Below, piece by piece: positions 55,861 through 64,000 of a stretch of 64,000 nt of DNA (its first letter is position 1; each line of letters starts with the position of its first letter). The position numbers and the translations under genes are program-made. A model generated the notes under the pieces. It searched no databases. It was not told the DNA's origin and saw only the letters and a program-made list of their open reading frames with translations. The stretch comes from Macrostomum lignano (Eukaryota), in assembly GCA_002269645.1 (NCBI GenBank), contig NIVC01002934.1, positions 62,001-126,000 of the forward strand, given 5' to 3'.

Positions 55861-58325
55861 CGGTGGGTGGTACAGGTGTAGTGTGAGGGAGAGGGGTAGC
55901 ATAGAGGTAGACACAGATGGACAGGCATGAAACACAGGTTGAAGGACAAATGATGCGGCATTTGAGGGCTAAGAGAGAAATATGGAGAACAGCTGAGTAG
56001 ATAAGACAAGAAAACAGAAGCAATTAAGTCAACTAGAACGTTGCTGCAGCACAAAGATGGGAGACCGCCCCTAAAAACTGAAGACTTGCACCAACCGTGA
56101 ACTAGAAGTAATAAATGCTACAAAAAAATCACAGCAGCAGTCACATGGCGGCGAGATAATCGCTTCATGGCCACCATGATTTTCCAAGAGGTAAACCAAG
56201 GGGCCAGAATTTTTATTAGAAGAGATTTTCTGACCCCAAAGCCACGCGCGTGGCAGCTATAGCGAGATGTGAGGCAAGCGACCCCAGCGCTAGCAGAACC
56301 AATTTATGGGGCGAGCAAAGAGGGTAGGGAGGATAGAGGTGTCAGGGTCAAGCTGGTGGTGAGTCAGTCAATCTGCGGCGGCGAAGATCAAAGAAGCCTT
56401 GTTTCTGACTTGCTCCAGTTTTAATCTCAAAGCAATGATATGGGCTCTGTATTGGGTAAACGGCGCGAGTAACTATTACCATATTTTAGTAAATACACGA
56501 CTCGCCACCTAATTAGTAAATCTGCGTAATTTAATCTGCTCAATTTGTGGCCAATAAATTATGATGCAGCATAAATACAAAATTTTCAAAACAGTCAGGC
56601 AATTGGACATACTACAAAAGCAATAGAACACATGGTAATGTGTTAATAATGTTGTCTTACATTTAGGCTAGCAATGCCCAAGAACAAATCAAGTGCAATT
56701 TAACTAAAGCTTAATATCTTCTAAAACAAAGCCAAAAAACAAATGAAACACTTACCACATGAGAATTAGAAAATGCCATATGTGTGCCAAATATATGCTG
56801 AGATTGCTTTAGGTCAGCTGTAGCTTCTATAGAAAATTTATAATTTTATCAGTTTATTTCACTCAGCCAATGATAAATCTTGATACTTAGGCATACTTGT
56901 AAGCTTTTGTTACAAGTATTTATTAAATGACATTGCATCTGCCTGAAAGCTGAAAGGCCAAGGATACCAAAGTCATGAATAAAGCAATAATATTGAAAGA
57001 TTTATATAGTTACAATCAAAGATTAAGTTTTATACATAAATTAGGAGCTAGGCATATAGCCAAAAAATTATTTTGAAAGAGTTACTTTTAGGGGTAATAA
57101 ACTACTTTTACAATAGATATATCTATCATATATTTTTAAAATAGATAACTTTTAGGCTATTTAAGATCTGTCTTATCCCTTTCTCTATGCCTTTAGGAAA
57201 AACATTTGTTAATTTAATAATAGATATAACTAAATAAACAATCTAGATAAAAGTAGGCTTAATTTCTAATAATATCAATTGCGAAGCAAACTTTAAAAAA
57301 TCAAAATAGGCCTTATATAAGCTATATCTCTTAAGTAGCAATCTTTAAGTTTAATAGAAGCTAGTCAAAATACCTATTTTAATTTTTATCCTATACAAAC
57401 TAATGACCTATCATTGATGACCTATCAAAAAATTAGGAATTTGGCAACATAGCCATATAGCCTAACCTAGTTGTTTGTTATCAATTATCATTTAAAAAAT
57501 ATCTTTGAGTTAGTCAATTAGTAAATAAGTAGAGAAAGGAGTAAGGCATTAGGATAGGATCCAAATCCTAATCTTAGGATCTTAGCAAAATCAAGATCTT
57601 GCCTATGCAACCTTAAGTCGATATGCTTTTAGTTTTACTATGTTTTACATTCATTCGTTAACAATGGATTCCAATTATGATCTTTTTGTTATTTCAAATC
57701 CAACAAAAAATTGAATTACAGTCCCACCCAAACAAAAAACCGTGATCTGCATTTAACCTCCAGGCTCCAGTAGTTGACTAGGCCCAAAGCTCTAAGAAAC
57801 ATTGTCTTTGACTTTAGGTTAATTGACAAGCGAATTTCTGCCAGATACATGCAGGTAATCGTGAAAAGACTGAAACACAAACTATTTTTCTAAGAAAAAT
57901 GGACATTTGTTCGTGTGCCCACATTTTTAACAAAAACATTGCCAAAACTTTTTAACGATTCACTATTGCGCCTTATATGTATAAAAAGCATAGATTCAAT
58001 AACTCAGAAAAACGTTTATATGTCCAAAACAATAGAACTAATTCTGCAAGGGTTATTGCTTTTGTTGATTACAAAATATGCATGAACTTTATTGTTGATT
58101 GTTATGATTGATTACAATTCTTAGTCTGCAAAAACATGAAAACACGGTGCTACAGAATCCTCGGAAAATGTGGTTCTATATGTGCTACCTGGTTCTATTA
58201 GGCAAATTTTATTACAATTTTAATAATTAATCGCTGAATTAGCCATCAATGGGATGCCATTTCAGTATGAGTTGTTAATTATTTTAATATTAAATTACAT
58301 GCATTACGTCGACTAGTCTAGGCTA

Positions 58326-58537
58326 GGCAGGGCTGTGTGCACCCTTGGGCGCACTTAAGCGACATTGCAGTCACACACAACCGACATAACCGATGCCGCC
58401 GATCTTCCCCGGATCTGGAGCAGGTAAGGATACGTACGCAGTCACACGCACAGGCACACACTCAACTTGCTGACTTGGAAGCCTGGGCCGCTGGGACAAC
58501 AGAGCAACCGCGCTAGACCACTAAGGCTACAACCCCC
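58326..58537 (-). mobile_element. tRNA-headed SINE, copy 3, diverged and internally deleted
   Basis: Shares GGGCTGTGTGCACC...GCACTTAAGCGACA, GATACGTACGCAG and GCCTGGGCCGCTGG...CGCTAGACC with copies 1 and 2. Confidence 0.75.
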
Positions 58538-58905
58538 ACGTATCACGTCAGCCGCTCACATTGATTTACATGTATAGACTCATGGATTAATGAGATTGCA
58601 TGTATGGCTCCTCGATTCAATAAACAGCAATCAAATTCTTGATGAAGGATCGTGTCCTGACTGGGTGCCAGAGAGCTTCCATATTAGGCAAAAAAAGAAT
58701 CAATCCTTTTAGCAACTACATGTAAATGCATTTACTATAATTAAGCTGATTAGATCAATCACAACAATATTTAATTAATTGGCTAACAATAGCTTGCCAG
58801 TCGGGGTTGCATAAATATCTGAAGCAGCTGCTATTCGCGGCTATGACCTGGCCAGATTTGCACAGAATAACAGCAGCAGCAGCAGCAGCAGCAGCTAGAT
58901 TGGCA

Positions 58906-61900
58906 ATGTATAAAAACTTCTGCCACAAAGTCAAACCGAAACCGGCCGCTAATATGCTGGCGACTGAAATGGAGAACCAAGAGAAGTCGCTCGACGAACA
59001 GCTGACGGTGCTCGATATCGAGGCGTCGCCCGTGAAGCCGAAGGTCTCCGCAGCCAGCGACGCCGCCGAGCAAGCAAAAACAGTTGATGAGGCGCTGCAG
59101 CTGTTGTACTCCGGCCAGTTTGAGCAGTTCTCAGCCGAGCTGGAGCGCAGTCCGGACGCTCTGCTACTACTCGGACACGGAGTCGGTCGCGACGGCCGCT
59201 ACAGATGCCGCTACAGCCGGGAGTCGCCGATGCGAAGTCGACGAGCGATCAGAGCCGAAACAGAGCTCGAGCTGAGCGTCTTTGTGCAGGTTAATTAATC
59301 AGTGTCTGAATTTAAATTCCATACGAAATCGTCACTGGTTATTTTTTAGAAGACGGGCTTTGAATTTGCAAAAGATGCTTGAATTTGACTTTAACTTTGC
59401 TGCAATGCTTAATCTCACAGGGAGGGTGGTAGGGACATAGAGAGACACAAGGAGGGTGAGAGAGACACAGGGAGGGTAGAAGAGACACAGGGGGGTAGGA
59501 GAGACACAGGGGGGTAGGAGAGACACAGGGAGGGTAGAAGAGACACAGGGGGGTAGGAGAGACACAGGGAGGGTAGAAGAGACACAGGGGGGTAGGAGAG
59601 ACACAGGGGGATAGGAGAGACACAGGGAGGGTAGGAGAGACACAGATGGATGGGAGAAAGTAGAAACCCCACTAGAAACGAAGTCGCGGGGCCAGTCAGG
59701 GAGGTCCGGCGGGCCTTCACAGACCTCATATCCAACGCTGAGACAATTCAACCTGATGCAGCTGCAAGTACGGCAGAACTACAGCCATCCAGCATCCGCA
59801 AACTCCTGCCCGCAGGTGCTGCTGACCGGCGATCAGACGCTGATAGACCGGACTGTCCAGCTGGTGGAGTCTCGGCCAGACAACAGCCTGTGGCCGGGCG
59901 TCCGGTGCGCCTTGTTCGGCCTGGCCGACCTCTGCTGCTGCCCGGAACTTCCCGGCCGCCAGCTTCGACTGGCGCGACTCTTCTGCGGCCTGACGCGTCG
60001 GCACGCCGACTTCTGCGCCCGCCTGCTGCTGGAGGAGGCCACCGTCGAGGCGATGCGGCCAGTCGAGTTCGCGGCCACCTGGGACCTCTTCTACCTGGTG
60101 GACGCCTTTGCCAACGCGCCGGGTCAGTCAGCCAGTAGACTGGTGCTCAGAACTGGTGCTCATCTTGCTGAGGCAGGATCTCACTATGTACACTTCAGCC
60201 AGTCTTCCATGTCCTGATCCCACATTCTAATCCCAACCCGTTTACATCTTAAACTCCTAAACTCACTTATTGATGAGGATGATCCCATTCCGAATCCTGA
60301 GATCTCATATCCATAAAATAATCCCAGATCCTCTCTTCCAGATCCCAGATCACTAATCCCACATGTCGCATCCTGACTTCAGATCCCTGATCTCAAATCC
60401 CAAATCGCCCATCCTGATACCAGATTCCAGATCCCTAATCCAGCATCGTGATCCCAAATCCCAAATCCATCCTCCTGATCCCAGATCCAACATCCTGATC
60501 CCAGATCCCACATCACGATCCCAGATCCCACATCATGATCCCAGATACCAAATCCCGCATCACGGTTTCACAGGCCACCTCATTCGGGTCAGCCCGCACC
60601 CCACCGACTCCCGCCTGAGCACGGAGGAGATCCACCTGACGCCGTACGCATGCGCCGGTGGTCCCCGTTTCCTGAAGTCGCCGTTCCTTCGCCTGGTGAA
60701 CGCTGCCCAGCCGCGCCTCGGCGAGGCTCTGTCGCCGGGCCACCTGCGCTTCTACAGGAGCCGCGTCGCCCGAGCCTACTTCGCCAGCCTTCGCCCGCTG
60801 ATTGGCCAGAAAAGCGTCACATTCAGTTCGGCGTTCTCGTACCTGTTCATGTACTTCAGCCTGCTCACCACCCTCACAGTGCGAATTTTCACTCGCGACA
60901 CTTTCAATGCTAGCGTGGAAGTTCGAGTGCCCGGGCTCGAGTCCGACTTTTCTTCTGATGGCGGCAACGACAGCTCAGTGATTTCCTACCTGCGACTCGT
61001 GTCGCCGGAGACCCTGAGCGCATTCCGGTACGTGTTTTATGTACGACTCGTGCTGCAGATTGGCATCTTCGGCTGCTGGGGAGCCTGGATCGGGATGAAG
61101 ATGATCAACCACTACAGCTTGCACAGGTTAGTGTCTTGGATTGAGCACTCCAGTGTCTTGGATTGAGCACTCCAGTGTCTTGGATTGGGCACTCCCTGTG
61201 TCTTGGATTGGGCACTCCCTGTGTCTTGGATTGGGCACTCCCTGTGCCTTGGATTGGGCACTCCTGTCTCTTATATTGGGCACTGCCGTCTCTTGGGTTT
61301 AGCACTCCCGTGTCTTATATTGGGCACTCCCGTGTCTTTGATTGGGCACTGTAGTGTCTTGTATTGGGTACTCCCGTGTCTTGGATTGGGCACTCCCGTG
61401 TCTTGGATTGGGCACTCCCATGTCTTAGATTGGGCGCTCCCGGTGTCTTTGACTGGGCACTGTAGTGTCTAGTATTGGGCACTCCTGTCTCTTATATTGG
61501 GCACTGCCGTCTCTTGGGTTGGGCACTCCCGTGTCTTTGATTGGGCACTCCCGTGTCTTTGATTCGGCACTCCCGTGTCTTGTATTGAGCACTCCAGTGT
61601 CTTGGATTGAGCACTCCAGTGTCTTGGATTGGGCACTCCCTGTGTCTTGGATTGGGCACTCCCTGTGTCTTGGATTGGGCACTCCCTGTGCCTTGGATTG
61701 GGCACTCCTGTCTCTTATATTGGGCACTGCCGTCTCTTGGGTTTAGCACTCCCGTGTCTTATATTGGGCACTCCCGTGTCTTGGATTGGGCACTCCCGTG
61801 TCTTGGATTGGGCACTCCCATGTCTTAGATTGGGCGCTCCCCGTGTCTTTGACTGGGCACTGTAGTGTCTAGTATTGGGCACTCCTGTCTCTTATATTGG

Positions 61901-62461
61901 GCACTGCCGTCTCTTGGTTGGGCACTCCCGTGTCTTTGATTGGGCACTCCCGTGTCTTTGATTGGGCACTCCCGTGTCTTACATTAAGCAATCCGAGCAA
62001 AATGCTTGCATTTCTACTGTCAGTAGCTGCTCTCATACCGTGCAGTTGAAAATCCTCGCAGGTCAGCCAGAAGAGACTGGCTGGGCGCTCGCTGGCTCAG
62101 CAGCTCCGTCACAATGCGTAGAGACGTGTTCGACGGTGTAATGCTGAGCTTTGTGCTCATGCAGCTGGTCGCCCTGCTGCTCGAGCAGCTGTTCTTCATC
62201 GACCTGGCCGGCAGCTACTCAGCTACAGACGATCCGCAGGTGTTTTACGTCAATAAAAGTCGGCTACAGGTTGGCATAGTAACCACCTGCACATACCTGC
62301 TGGTGATGCTGCTGGTGATGATGTGCGACATGTCCCTGCATCACAGGATATTTTTCTACGTGCTGTACAGTCTGAACGTGTCCTCGAAGATGGTGTACCT
62401 GATCTGCGCGCCAATATTTATGGTGGGCTGCACTCTGCTGCTCAGCCAGCCGTTCATTCCA
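58906..62461 (+). CDS. Multi-pass membrane protein, possibly TRP-channel-like; 5' exons only. Exons 58906-59289, 59816-60122, 60574-61126, 62062-62461
   Basis: Four GC-rich exons join with compatible phases (0, 1, 2) and canonical GT-AG. A ~260-aa soluble N-terminus is followed by at least five hydrophobic segments. The gene structure is well supported; the TRP assignment is tentative. The gene continues beyond the window. Confidence 0.6.
59420..59645. repeat. ~21-bp repeat (GGGTAGGAGAGACACAGGGAG)n in intron 1 of the membrane-protein gene
   Basis: About 11 units. Confidence 0.93.
60290..60560. repeat. Degenerate ATCCCAG-based repeat in intron 2 of the membrane-protein gene
   Basis: Recurrent ATCCCAGATCC and ATCCCGCATC. 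Confidence 0.8.
61130..61980. repeat. 22-bp minisatellite (TTGGGCACTCCCGTGTCTTGGA)n with a 444-bp higher-order duplication
   Basis: The block starting at 61141 recurs at 61585. Confidence 0.95.
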
Positions 62462-62589
62462 GTGAGTAGTGCGCTTGTTGGGGCAATGAGGATATGTGAG
62501 TAGATTTTTTATGTTGTCGGACTATATGGACTCAAGCTGAGTCATTCTTTACTATTTTTAAAGCTATTAGTTAACTCTAACTGTGACTC

Positions 62590-64000
62590 ACAATCAATCA
62601 CCAATCACCATCCAATCACCATCCAATCACCATCCAATCACCATCCAATTACCACCCAATCACCATCCAATCACCATATAATAGCCATCCAATCACCATC
62701 CAATCACCATCCAATCACCACCCAATCACCATTCAATCACCATCCAATTACCACCCAATCACCATCCAATTACCACCCAATCACCATCCAATCACAATCC
62801 AATTACCATCCAATTACCAACCACAATCACCATCCAATCACCATATAATAGCCATCCAATCACCATCCAATCACAATCCAATTACCATCCAATCACCATC
62901 CAATCACCACCCAATCACCATCCAATCACCATCCAATTACACCACCAATCACCATCCAATCACCATATAATAGCCATCCAATCACCATCCAATCACCACC
63001 CAATCACCATCCAATCACCATCCAATCACCATCCAATCACCATCCAATTACCACCAATCACCATCCAATCACCATCCAATCACCAATCACCACCCATCAC
63101 CATCCAATCACCACCCAATCACCATCCAATCACCATCCAATCACCATCCAGTCACCATCCAATCACCAATCACCACCCAATCACCATCCAATCACCATCC
63201 AATCACCATCCAATCACCATCCAATCACCATCCAATCACCATCCAATCACCATCCAGTCACCATCCAATCACCATCCAATCACCATCCAATCACCATCCA
63301 ATCACCATCCAATCACCAATCACCATCCAATCACCATCCAATCATATCCAATCACCATCCAATCATATCCAATCACCATCCAATCACCATCCAATCACCC
63401 AATCACCATCCAATCACCATCCAATCACCATCCAGTCACCATCCAATCACCATCCAATCACCATCCAATCACCAATCACCACCCAATCACCATCCAATCA
63501 CCAATCACCACCCAATCACCATCCAATCACCATCCAATCACCATCCAATCACCATCCAATCACCATCCAGTCACCATCCAGTCACCATCCAGTCACCATC
63601 CAGTCACCATCCAGTCACCATCCAGTCACCATCCAGTCACCATCCAGTCACCATCCAGTCACCATCCAGTCACCATCCAATCACCAATCACCATCCAATC
63701 ACCATCCAATCACCATCCAATCACCAATCACCACCCAATCACCATCCAATCACCATCCAATCACCATCCAATCACCATCCAATCACCATCCAGTCACCAT
63801 CCAGTCACCATCCAGTCACCATCCAGTCACCATCCAGTCACCATCCAGTCACCATCCAGTCACCATCCAGTCACCATCCAGTCACCATCCAGTCACCATC
63901 CAGTCACCATCCAGTCACCATCCAATCACCAATCACCATCCAATCACCATCCAATCATATCCAATCACCATCCAATCACCAATCACCACCCAATCACCAT
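62590..64000. repeat. 11-bp minisatellite (CAATCACCATC)n running off the window end
   Basis: Direct reading; includes blocks of a CAGTCACCATC variant. Confidence 0.97.

Overview
This is animal genomic DNA: GC-rich exons, GT-AG introns, and a different minisatellite in most introns. That style suggests a Macrostomum-like flatworm, which is an inference only. Six spliced host genes can be reconstructed by hand: a tetraspanin (-, 5 exons), an EGFR-family receptor tyrosine kinase (-, 9 exons), NUDT21/CFIm25 (-, 2 exons), an RBM26/27 homolog (+, 7 exons), a TRIM-NHL protein with a filamin domain (-, 5 exons), and the 5' part of a multi-pass, possibly TRP-like membrane protein (+). Mobile DNA includes a TSD-bounded Ty3/Gypsy element (160-6676). 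Its integrase is cut off and replaced by a second LTR/gag-like fragment plus an intronless tandem-RING ORF. There are also three copies of a tRNA-headed SINE, a deleted Tc1/mariner element, a MITE, a 47-bp hairpin insertion with a 7-bp duplication, and an RTE-like LINE fragment. About 30 tandem-repeat arrays are present, and most long ORFs in the supplied track are artefacts of them. The best leads are the tandem-RING cargo in the retroelement; satellites built from RNA-processing signals (about 85 AATAAA in an RBM26 intron, an amplified 3' splice site in the TRIM gene, AG|GT arrays in EGFR); 8-9 bp direct repeats at EGFR intron junctions; and a dense TAGGCCTA cluster between NUDT21 and RBM26. 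No rRNA, true tRNA gene or CRISPR array was found.
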